Shown here one piece after another: positions 35,690-47,205 of a DNA stretch of 64,000 nt. Origin of the DNA: Oikopleura dioica (Eukaryota; Animalia; Chordata); NCBI GenBank assembly GCA_907165135.1, contig OU015570.1, positions 682,001-746,000 of the forward strand. The letters are read 5' to 3'. Both the position numbers and the translations under genes were made by a program. Under the pieces are notes generated by a model. It made no database searches. It was not told where the DNA came from and worked only from the letters and a program-made list of their open reading frames with translations. Numbering within the stretch: the stretch's first letter is position 1; every line of letters begins with the position of its first letter.

Positions 35690-37806
35690 ATGAGGCCCGG
35701 AATGCTCCTTGCTATCAACGCGCTGCTTCATTGTTTATTCATATTCCCGTTTTTACCATCCACAAAATCATCATCTAAAATCATCTCAAATGTCACCTCG
35801 ACAAACGGAGTCATCACATACCAAATTCCAGGAGAAGAAGTTTACCTTGTTCAAAGTGAAACTCCATCGAATCTTTCATTCACGTTTCCCGCACCAATAA
35901 TTCCTGAAAAATCATGGTCTTCTTGCTCTTCAAGCAATAGAAATATTACTACAATGGCAAGAAACTACGTAGAAAAATTGATGGAAAATTGGTTGAAACT
36001 AGACATCGAAGTTCCTCTTGGTCCCAACGAAATTACAGTCACAAATCAGAAAGTCATCCTGCCCGAAGAAGTCAAACGTAGACTGAATTTTGAAGTTGAA
36101 TTTGTATTTCCAAACGAAAAAAGACTCTCGCTTAAGAGCACTGAATTTTCGCAATTTCATTTCCAACAATGCGCTCCTTTGGAAAATTTGCATGTCATTC
36201 GGATAACGTCCACCGAAGAATTCAACAGCGTTATCTTCAAAACAAATGCTTTCGACAATTTATTAGACGAATGTTTATGGAAATCAAACGAAGGTTCAGT
36301 AACGTCGCAGATTTTGGAATACGTGGGTCTTACAAAAGTTACAGCTATGCCCACAAAATCTGCTTCTCTCTCTGTCGAGTTCGTCGGTCCAACAGTCATC
36401 AATGCTGATCATAAAAACGAAACGAAATCCTGCTTATCACTCCGAATCGAAGAAATTTTTCTGCTTTATGATGAATCGCTGGATGAAACGGTTAGCAAAA
36501 TCGACGAAAAACCGATCACTACGACCAAAACGACAACAAAATCAGCAATTGAATCTGTTAGCACCGAAAAGACAACAACAGCGACCAACGAAGCAGATTC
36601 TGAAGGAAATATTCTTGGCATTATCACCCAATTTGGATCAAGTCTGTTCAACGACCTAGGAGAAAGTCGAGCGATTGCAATCGCGAACAAACTCTGGCTA
36701 AATACTTTTCACTCAAAAAATGACACTTATTTGCCGTATCTGAAGAACGAGACATTACACTCGCTGCTAGAAAACGTTTACCGAAATGGAAGCGTTAGAC
36801 ACAAGATTCGGTTGCCAGAGCACTCCTGTTCTGATGCGTTTGAATTGCAAACAATCATCGAACTGTCAAAACCTATTCATACAATTGGAATAATTGCACC
36901 TCACCTAAATTGAACAAGGTGCACCTTTAGGTGAGGTGATTTTGAACCCTGATCCGAACGCTCTCTATTGGTCTACCCATTGCCCAAGAAAAAGGAAACT
37001 ATTTCTACGAGTTTTCTCTCGTCCTAAAAATGATGTCTGTGAAATTGGATGGGCGAATTACAGTTCTGGATAATTGCAAAAATGAAGGCTTAATCTTTTG
37101 CACATATGACGAAGTCCTGCGAAGCTCTTTTGGTGAAACAATTGCCCGACAAGTTATTCACCACGCAAATCTGACAAGTTGCGCGAAACAAGTCTTTCAA
37201 TCAACATCGCCATGTATTTATCAAGCATCTCCTTCTCAGATTCTACTCTCATCATTCCGTAGAACTAGCCTACTGAATGCAAATGAAGAAATTGCAGGAA
37301 AAGAACCGACTGTCACGTTACTCAACCGAACTAATTCACAAGCGCTCATGTGTGGATCAAATATTCTGACACTTCCGAAATTGTCGACTGAAGAAATAGT
37401 TCTGGAAACAACAAGCTCATACTCACGAATCCGTTCTAGAGCCGAACAATGGATATCAAAATCCGATTATTTGAAAATTGGAAAATTTGCGAATCGAACG
37501 AGCTACTTTTCTCCGGAAACGTATTCGAAACTGGAAGAAACGGAGGACAGAGTACATCCGGAACTATCGAAAATCTACAAGAAAGTAAAACCACTATCAT
37601 TTTACCTCATGGCTGTTTGCGTCGTTTTATCAGTAGCAACGATATTGTATTTTCTCTTCAAATATTCATATCAAATGACAAAGAAGATTTTCAATCGTTT
37701 CAGAAGTCAAGAAAGTCAGTCCCAAGAAATTCTACCCCTCCAACCGCAAATAACAACAAGAAATCGAAGCCGTTCTACTAGAAGCTTTCGCCAATTCAAT
37801 CTCTAA
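35690..37806 (+). pseudogene. env: E3 env, F-like class I fusion glycoprotein, disrupted at ~36910-37030
   Basis: Signal peptide MRPGMLLAINALLHCLFIFPFL. IIELSKPI motif. Cys-rich region. TM FYLMAVCVVLSVATILYFLF. Many NxS/T sequons. Confidence 0.8.
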
Positions 37807-37865
37807 ACCTCTTCTCTACCGTCGCGCTCATTACTCTTGCCAGCCACGCCACGCTCACCCATTTT

Positions 37866-38390
37866 CACACCTTGCCGCGCCCGACGCGCGCAGCGCCTGC
37901 TACAACGCCACTTTCGTCTCTCACTACTTCGCCGCGCCACTCGGTATCTTCACACCTTGCCGCGCCCGGCGCGCGCAGCGCCTTCCCCAACTCAACTTTC
38001 GTCCTTAACTAGTCCGTCGCTGTCCAACTTCACACCTCGCCGCGCCCGACGCGCGCAGCGCCTGCTACAACGCCACTTTCGTCTCTCACTACTTCGCCGC
38101 GCCACTCGGTATCTTCACACCTTGCCGCGCCCGGCGCGCGCAGCGCCTTCCCCAACTCAACTTTCGTCCTTAACTAGTCCGTCGCTGTCCAACTTCACAC
38201 CTCGCCGCGCCCGACGCGCGCAGCGCCTGCTACAACGCCACTTTCGTCTCTCACTACTTCGCCGCGCCACTCGGTATCTTCACACCTTGCCGCGCCCGGC
38301 GCGCGCAGCGCCTTCCCCAACTCAACTTTCGTCCTTAACTAGTCCGTCGCTGTCCAACTTCACACCTCGCCGCGCCCGACGCGCGCAGAG
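37866..38390 (+). repeat. Tandem repeat, 3 x 165 bp plus a partial unit, GC-rich
   Basis: Unit starts at 37866, 38031, 38196 and 38361. Each unit has two related halves. Confidence 0.95.
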
Positions 38391-38700
38391 CCTGCCAGAG
38401 TCAACGCCACTTTCATCACCTACCACTCCGTCGCGCCACTCGCTGCCAACTTCACACCTCGCCGCTGCGCCGCGCGCATTGTTAACCCGTTAAAGATACA
38501 TTTAACCCGACCGCGCGCGCAGACACAAAATTTGAAAATTACGAAAAATGATTATGACGTCACTGACAAACCTTGGCTGCCGGAATACAAGCTTTCCAAT
38601 AACAAATTTGAAAGAAGATAAAAACTCCTCCATTAAAAAAGAAGTGTTATTTATTTTGGATTCACAGCAAAGAAAAATGTCAGTCACTCAATCAGAATAA

Positions 38701-39189
38701 TCAAGCAAAATAAGATAGAACTTGTTGGCGAATTGTGGAGCAGAATTCGTCTTTCAACTCGTCACCAGACGCTTGTACGTAACTCTGATGATAAGCCAGC
38801 GAGCGGATTCGGAAGAAATCGTAATCGTCAATAAGAGGAATGTCGCGAGGCATTATGAGTGTTGGGGAACACGCTTCTCCAAGCCACAACAACTCTCGGC
38901 ACACTTCGTCGGGGCAGAACTCGTAGGGAAGAAACCGGAAAGGTCTTTCAAATGCGCCGTGGTCTCGTGGAGTCATCGTCTCACAAATTGTGTAGGTTTC
39001 TGAGTAGCCAAACTACGCGCCCTCTGCGTTACACCGGAACCGATATGACACCACTCCAACGATCTCTTCGCCATCGTCAAAACCTCCAGTTTCAGCAAAA
39101 ATGCGAGCAACTCGCCCGAGTCTTCGATTCCACTCTTGAACAGTTCCTGGCTCTTGGAAATTTTCCATTGCTGTTTGCAGGGAATTCAT
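38701..39189 (-). pseudogene. E3 antisense accessory ORF (~162 aa, one in-frame TAG at 39013-39015)
   Basis: ORFs 39204-39013 and 38976-38701 are in the same frame. Candidate 39-nt GTAAG..TTTCAG intron (39248-39210) upstream of the ATG. Confidence 0.55.
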
Positions 39190-39371
39190 TATCACCAACT
39201 GCAACGATACTGAAATACAGCACTTGAACTCTTGAGGAATTTGCTTACCTTCTGGATCACGAGAAGCCGCCTTATCAGCAGAACTTATCGCCAGAGCACG
39301 CTAGAAATAAAAAGTCAAAGCTCAAAAACTAAAGATCCAATCTGAGAAAAATCAGCAAACGAGAAAGTAAA

Positions 39372-39809
39372 ATGCCGAGAAGAAATCAAACTCGCTGTTG
39401 CAACAGACCAGACTTTAACGCGAGAAACAAGTTGCTCGACATGAATCTCTTGAAATTTACGACCGAAATAGAGTCTGGAAAAGTCGAAAAAGGAGGGCTT
39501 CTTGCTTCAGCCGAAACGCCGGAATTCCGAATGGAAATCCGCTCCCGTCAAGATGTCACAGTAGAATATCTTAATACCGATGCAGAAGGATTACTTCTTT
39601 ATAAATTTGAGGACAAAACTGCATCGGTCATTAAGGATTTAAAAGAGACAATAACGTCATTCCAAGAACGACTCGAAAACCTGGAACGATTATTCTCGCC
39701 ATTTCGAAGCCGTTCCGAATTGGAAATTGAGCAAGACTGCAGTGAATCTTCAGACAATACCACTTTGAACGATAACGACGACAACGAAAACGACCAGGCA
39801 ATCGACTGA
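39372..39809 (+). CDS. E3 sense accessory ORF, 145 aa, coiled-coil and acidic tail, function unknown
   Basis: Intact ATG-to-stop ORF before the AT-rich 3' UTR and PPT. Confidence 0.6.
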   Translation: MPRRNQTRCCNRPDFNARNKLLDMNLLKFTTEIESGKVEKGGLLASAETPEFRMEIRSRQDVTVEYLNTDAEGLLLYKFEDKTASVIKDLKETITSFQERLENLERLFSPFRSRSELEIEQDCSESSDNTTLNDNDDNENDQAID

Positions 39810-40979
39810 TCCTTTCTATTACAATTAACCTCAAAAACCTCAATGTTGTTTTAAATAATCCCTCCTCATCATCTTATTTACTAACAAAAACGTGCAATAA
39901 TTATATTTACTAGCTTTTCCTATTTGATGAGGAGGAGAGATGAATATATATATTATTTCGTAATTTTATGCGCGTGTAAAAATCTTTGAAAACAAAATTT
40001 AAAAATCATTAAAATTTAAAAATTATCAACAGAAAAAAATCATAAAATCTAACATAGAAAAACAAAAAGAATTTACTAACAAAAGTTACTTGTATTTTTT
40101 GTGCAAATTATCGCCACGTTCTTTTCGCTGTGTCTCAAAATCTCTATTTCAAATCGTTATTTTTACATTGATTGCTAAAGCTCTTACCTGTTATCGTTTA
40201 TGTTTTCTTGCTGATTTATTTCGCCTTTCTCTCGGACTTGGGAGGGATGTGAGATCGGAATTTTCCCCGAGCTCACTTCTCGCCCGTCCTCCCTCATCTC
40301 TTATCATTAGGCCAGGCGCCTCGCGCACTAGAAATAGCCCTGCACTACCCTGAACAACACACTCTCTGAAATTACTGAATAAAACAATAGAACCGGCCAA
40401 GTAGAGTCCCCTTCCTGCAGGAAACCAAGAGAACAACTACGAGAGAAAGTCCAGATCTCTCAAAGGATGCAAAAATAAATATTTTTTTCGTGGAAAGTAG
40501 TGTATTTTCATGCGAAAAATCCATTTCTGCAAAAAAATTTAACCGCGTAAGAAGAAAAAACCGAGAAAAATGCAAAAAACTGTCAAGAGAGGAAAACAAA
40601 AATCAGTGACGCGGCGGTTACGTAACAGCGCGTGGCGGCGCTGTTCGCCCGCTTGCCAATTTCACCGCTGGAAACACTTTTCATTGCTATCAAATCCTTA
40701 TCAGCACTGTATTTCAATTCATTTGTTAATAATGATCATACATTTTATTTGAATTCTAAAAAGTGGGTTGTTCCTACGGAAGCTCCTGATTCGCGGAAAA
40801 GGGATGAAAGGGAAAGATGATTCCAGGTCCCCTTTTGCCGGTTTGCTTCCAATGCTTCCAATTACGATGTCTTGGAATGGCTTATATTTTAATTCGATTT
40901 ATTTCTTACACATAATTTATAAATAAATTATTTAACAATTTTAATCAAATATAAAGCCAAAAAAGACACTCTCAAGCAG

Positions 40980-41253
40980 ATGATTTGCTGCAAAATTGTT
41001 ATTGGCTTCATTGCAGCTCTCGTTATTTTAGCAGTTGGATTTGCTTGTAAGTCTTTTTGACTGAAGCCTTGTTATTTATTTCGACGATAAATTCTAAATC
41101 ATAAATTCAGGTTTCATGGCTGGCTACCGCGTCGGTGCTGATTTGGACGTCGATGGAGTTGACGAAGATGCTGCCTACAGAGATGAATTCGATCCGTTTG
41201 ACCCCGACAACGAATTCATCACAAGCAGAGAAGGGCAGCAGAATCTCGGATAG
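40980..41253 (+). CDS. Two-exon 69-aa single-TM microprotein (exons 40980-41046, 41111-41253)
   Basis: tataaa at ~40950. GTAAGT..TTCAG 64-nt intron preserves the frame. Protein MICCKIVIGFIAALVILAVGFACFMAG followed by an acidic tail. Confidence 0.6.
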
Positions 41254-41923
41254 AATTCGGCTGGCGCTTACTTGCTAATTCTATCTGAATCAGAATTTTC
41301 TGCTCTACAAGATGGTGCACTCGGTTTTCCAAGGCGACGTCGCATTCGCGATATAATTTTTTGTATGCCATCCCTACCTACCAAGATTTACAATTATTTT
41401 TGAGAAACATTTTTTAAATTTTAAGCTGCAGAATGTAAGATCGATCCGGTGCAAAACGCCACCATTATTGTTAATAGTCTATTGAGAAATTATTCAAAAT
41501 TTCAGAAAGTGATTTCTTTTAAGGTCAGAATTAAATAAAAATTCATTTCTTGGGTCATATGAGGTCATTTTTGAATGATAAATCACCATTTTTACCGACG
41601 TCAAAACTGAGGAACCCAAACAGCGCTTTTAAACTAAGATTTTTCTGTCTCAATTTTTGCGATCTTTCCATCGAGCATATCAACAAACCTGTAGGTTGAA
41701 TGACGAAAATTAAAAATACTGTCATCGTTCTCAATATTCCTTTTCTTGTGAAATAATTCTTTTCGCTTGACCATTTTTAGACGAACCTTGTTATCCGAAA
41801 ATAAGATGCTTTTAAGATGAGAAACAACTATATTTTAACTTACAGACAATTCCTCAGGAAGTTTTTGTTTTTCTGATATTGCAACTAATATGGCTAAAAT
41901 CTTCGTTAATAAATGTTTATTAA

Positions 41924-42401
41924 CCCGTTAACGTGGCATCCGATCTTATGCGTTAACGGGCGCGTGGCAGTCTAAAGTCCACGTACCTTTCGGTGTTTTC
42001 TGAGAAATAGGGACGAGAAAAACTAATTCCAAGAGAAAAAATGATTCAGAAGCGTCTTTTCATTCTCCTACATCTTTTTGTTTTGTTTTTGTGATTTGTT
42101 AAGGGGTTGAAAATTGAGGTCAAAGTTACGTCATTTTCCGACGCTAAGATTGGAGAAAAGGGAAAGAAGGGAAAAGGCGGGCGATTTGTATTATGTTTTC
42201 CTTTTTCTCGCTGACTGAAGTTTTTCTTTCGCTTCTCCCGACCAGAATTTTATGCCGTTTTTTCAAAATCACACAAACAGATAGAGAATCGATTGAATTT
42301 TTAAGAAATACAAAAATTTTTGATAAAAACTAGAGTTTTTCCTATATAATCGTTCTCGAAAGGCTGCGTGGCCGTGAGACAGCCACGCGCCTGTTAACGG
42401 G
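41924..42401. mobile_element. piggyBac-like MITE
   Basis: TTAA TSD. CCC..GGG termini (cccgttaac). Confidence 0.8.
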
Positions 42402-42599
42402 TTAACAAGAAATTATGAGAAAGCACTGACATGACTTATCTGTTATTTACCGTTAGCGCAAGATTTTTTTCCTTCGATAGTATCGAATCGATACCGATAA
42501 AAGAAGGGTGTCCTCACATGAGACATCCATTCTTGCGGGACCTGGGCGAGTAGCGCGGAGCCAAACTTTTTTGCAAATCTTATCTGCAAATCTTCAGCT

Positions 42600-43080
42600 C
42601 TATCTTACGATTTTCAGAATTTCTCCATCACTTACGGTTGTTGAGCAAGGGAGAAAAAAAGAAGCGCAACTTCAAAAGGCATCAAGTCCTGCACACTTAA
42701 TTTTTTCTTGATAAAATTAGAACCATTGAAAAGCCCGTTCAATTCTCAACAAATCTTACTCCATCAGCTGAGCTTAATTCGAATTTGTTGGCGTGTAAGG
42801 CCACGAAGAAGGCACGGCTGGACGCTCCGATTTAGCTATTTTGGGCTCCCTGGACATGATTCCCGCTGGGCGGGCGCTAAGTTTTCTTGTTTATCTGGCC
42901 TCTATCTCCAGCAAGTATAGAGTTAGTTTAGCAGATTGAGTGGGATCTGTTCAGAATTTAACGCGCTTTTCAATGGTGCTAGTTTCATGAGGAAAAACTA
43001 AGTTTGCAAGACTTGATGCCTTTGAAGTTGGGCTTCTCTTTCCCGCTAGCTCGTCAACAAAGTATCATAGAGATAAACTA
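42600..43080. repeat. Diverged foldback inverted repeat
   Basis: 42640-42790 is inverted relative to 42910-43060 (cttcaaaaggcatcaagtc / gacttgatgcctttgaag). Confidence 0.55.
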
Positions 43081-45606
43081 AGAATTGGAAGAAAAAGATG
43101 AAGATTTTGAGATATAATTTACAAAAAGAAATTTCAAAAAGAGTTCTTGGAGATTCCTTTTAAAAAGGTGAAATTTTTGGGCGACCCGGACTATGTGACA
43201 TAGTCTATGTCGTCAATGTCGTCGATTAACGAGTAAAATCGAGAAAAAACAAAAATATCGGATTCTAGAAACCGGATCAAATTCCCTGTTTTTGTTTATT
43301 CTTACATAAAAATGGTGATAATATGCTCCAAAATCGTTATTTTGATTTTCTTTTGATAAATAAATGATAAGGATTAGAAGGTGGCCGCTCCGCGGGTTTC
43401 GTGGTAGGAAACTCATTGATCGGGCAGGTCACACTTCTATTTGTGCGCCTTCAATTGTTCCGCTGAATTGGGCAGGTTTTCAATCTCTAGAACAGAAAAG
43501 TTTTTAAAAATTTGTTTTTTCAAAAAATCTGACGACATTCACGAGAGGGGGACGAATACGTCATATGGACCAATACGTCATAACGGACGAATACGTCAAA
43601 TGGACGAATACGTCATATGACGTGTCGGTCCTATATGACGTATTGCCAATACGGTATTGGTCCATATGACGTAACGGTCCTTTTTCAAATACTGCGTATT
43701 GGTCCTATATGGCGTAACGGTCCGATTTTTAATCGCATTAAAAATATGTGATAAGAGCGATTTATTCAATTATTTTTTATCCCCCCTCGACTCTTCGATT
43801 TAAAAAATTTTCTTTTCAGTCTTCATAAATATAAAGTATTATCTGTCGGCCGCTAATCCAACCGAAGAAAAATGTGGCAATTTGATAAAGCTAACTCGGA
43901 GAATAAGAATTATAAATAGGGATTCTACCGGAAAAACGGCGCGCGGCGCGGCGCTCCGCACCCAAAATCGTCCGATGCTATTTTGTTATTTTCGACATAA
44001 TTTCAGTCAAAAACATCATAAAATAATTAAAAATATGACTCTCATTCACAATTTACTCTCAAAAAATATTTTTCGTCGTTTATCGATAGAACTCATCAAA
44101 ACTCTGAGAAAAGGTACATTTTATGTGCTCAATTAAGGGATCCCCTCCCGATTTGAAAAATGTTATCGAGGGCTTTTCTATAATACCCTATTAAAATCTC
44201 TTTTGTCTGAGGATCATTTTTATATATTATGTCAAGGGGGCTACGCCACGTGATGAGCCGTGACAAAGATTTGAAAATGGCTTATTTTGTCCAAAAATTT
44301 TACTTAAAAAAAATTCGCGAAATTTTTGACTTTTTGACAGATTCATATGAATGAGGGCTCTATAGATAGCTAAGACAAAGCTTAATCAGGAAAAAATAGT
44401 TTTGATGGAATATTTAGCCAGTAAGGGGCGCTACAGAGCACAAAAAGTCTTAAAAATGCCCAAAAGCAGTCGAAAAAGTTTTTGTTAAGAGAAAATCTAC
44501 AATCCTTGACAAAATCAGATGCCTGTACTAGAGATTGTAGTTTAGGGCACAAGGAAGGTTTTAAGAACAAGATCGGGGATATATATCATAGGGAAAAAAC
44601 GTAGACCGATTTTGAAAAAGGTCCAAAACTAGGGTTTTCGCGACTATCAATCAGGGGTCGAAATCCGTTTTAAAAATTGAAAGTCTAGTCTAGGCTGGGC
44701 TGGGCGATTTTCCAGCCTTTTTAGGCTGCTAGTCTGGGCTGGGTATTTCGGGAAAATGAAAAATCTAGGCTGACAGACTTAGTCTGTTTTAGGCTGAAAG
44801 TCTGCAACCTTAAAATTCACCAATTTGGTCAAGTCTGCGACTTTAGTCTTGAGACTTCCTTCTTTAGGCTCGTTTAAAAAAGGGTAAATAGACTCGTTAT
44901 TTGTCGATTATTATTTTTCTAAAATAAGCACTAGGTAGAGAAATGTCCGAATTTTTCAGAAAAGTGAAAATTTTTACATATCGCTAAATTATTCGTAGAA
45001 AAATTGCCCGTCGAAATCCTCGCTCGCCCATTTGGGTCCTTTAGACGCGCTTTTTTACGGTTGGATTCTTATAACTTTTGATTGAGCTAACCAAATCTGA
45101 AGTTTTTGGAATCAAAATGATTCTCTCGAAAGACTTTAGGCTGGACAGACTAGTCTGTTTCGACCGCTGCTATCAATGTCTTAACGCGCGAGCGCACGGC
45201 GCCCCTTTTTCGGGGCAGAGCCCGTTTATCCTCGATATTTTCGAGTTTTCATGCTCGAAAATTTTCGTAACCCCACCTTGATGGGGTTTAATTTTACCGA
45301 GAGAGTGTCTGTTATGTGTTGTAGAAGACTTTTCTTGACTTAAGAATCGACTAGGTTTGCGCTAGAATGTTTAAATGGGGTTTGCCCCGAAAAATAGGCG
45401 CCGTGCGCTCACCGGGAAAAAAATTTTGTGCGCTCGCGCGTTAAAGGCTATTTCTAGAGGTGATTCGCCTTTTCAAATTAAATTCCATACTAGAGCTTGC
45501 TCATCAAGAAATGGGCTTCAAAAAATGCCCCTCACTTTTAAGATAGCTAAGCCAGAAAAAAAGTAGTTCGACCTCAAAGTTGGCCAAATCGGGGGGGATC
45601 CCTTAA

Positions 45607-46027
45607 CCCTCTGCGTGACGATCAGAACTATCCCTATGCGTGACGCGGGTGCATTCAGTGCACCCGGGCCATCTAGAACAATTTTTTGCTCTTTTCTGTC
45701 ATTTTTCGAAGAAAAACGGCCAAAATTCGCTGTTGTTATTGTCTCAGAGACCGGAATCCCCCTTCTTCGGCGGCGAAAGGGGCTGGAAGTTACGTAACTT
45801 GCATCAAAATAGCTGTTCTCGAGACGAAAAAAAGCAAAATTACGACATTTTTTACGTTTTTAGGTTACTATCAAAGATTTTTTGAGAATTTTACTAAGCA
45901 GGTTGGACGAGTTTTTTGACGTAGATTCTTATTCTTTTCAAATTTTCTAATTCGGGCGAAAATTGAGAGAGAAATGGACAGAAAACCTTGAGCGGGTGCA
46001 CTGAGTGCACCCGCGTCACGCATAGGG
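45607..46027. mobile_element. piggyBac-like MITE
   Basis: TTAA TSD. TIR ccctatgcgtgacgcgggtgca. Confidence 0.8.
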
Positions 46028-46589
46028 TTAAGCTTCAAAACTCCTGATTTTTTGATATGTCAAAAAATTTACCCTTTGTCAAAATCTGTAAAAATTATAA
46101 GACCATGCAATAAGAACAGCCTTCAGAAATTGCAAATAACTGAGTGAAGAAAGCGCCGCAGTAGGGGCGCGGAGCCAAGAAATGAGTTTCTCTTACTTTT
46201 GAAGTAGCAAATAAGCTTCAAAATCTCTTATAAAAGGGTGTGGAAAACTAATTTTAAAATAATTATTTTCAGATATGTTTAATAACAGACCTTTTTAAGA
46301 AATCTGTGAAAATTTCAAGACCGGGGATAAACAAAAACATCATAAAACAGACCGATGATTGAGTGTAGGTATAACTTATACCGTATAAGCGCGCTAGTGC
46401 ATTACGGGGCGAACGCGGCTCCGGAATAAGTTTCTCTTACTTTTCAAGCCGGAAAAAACCTTCGAAATCTCTGATTTTTGAGTATGTTCAGGAACAGACA
46501 TTTGTTAAGAATCTGTGAATGTTTGGAGACTGGGGATAAACTAGAACAATCTCAAATCGTCCGATGACTGACTGAAAGTGACGGCGCGC

Positions 46590-47205
46590 TAGTGCCTTAC
46601 GCGCTCCCCTTTCCGGGCCTCCGGTTGAACCTTAACTCGGCAAACTCGGCGGACTCCGCAGATCCGGCAGACAAGGCGGTCAATAGAAAAAGCTCGAAAA
46701 TGGTCTATTTTTCCAATAATTCTTAATCAATCAAATATTAAAGGCACCAAATATGTGTTATGATAGTTATCTGGCAAAAAAAAATCATTACACTCGTTTC
46801 TCAGTGAAAAATTCAGCGATGAAGCCCGCTCCGCGGGTGAGATGGAAGAAAACCCCATATTTGCTAAAAAATCTAAAATTTTTGATCTAAAATTGCAACA
46901 TACCGTGATTATCATTTCTGAGTGACTATTCTTGTCCGCCTACGCTCGTCATTATAACATTTTTGCATGGGAAAAATGTTATAACGAAAAATTGACAATG
47001 TTAATTGACGGAGCGTAGGCGGACATAGTAGTCATCTAGAAATGATAATCGCGGTATTATAGTTTTCGACTTAAGAAAGAATGTTTCTATCAATTAAATG
47101 GTTTCTCCTTGAAAAAATACAGGCAAAAGGACAGAATTTGATGAAAAAATATCTGCCGAGTTTGCTGAGTTAAGGTCGTTCTCCGGAAAGCATTAGCGCG
47201 CCCCG
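46590..47205. repeat. Nested foldback inverted repeats
   Basis: accttaactcggcaaactcggc / gccgagtttgctgagttaaggt. Inner palindrome 46905-47060. Confidence 0.55.

Larger units (their letters stand above)
30713..40462 (+). mobile_element. E3: env-bearing Ty3/Gypsy (Tor-like) LTR retroelement with accessory ORFs
   Basis: LTRs 30713-30854 and 40248-40462 (TGTGAGATC..GATCTCTCA), identical except a 73-bp deletion in the 5' copy. 5-bp TSD aagga. PBS tggtgact at 30857. PPT gggaggga. Confidence 0.95.
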
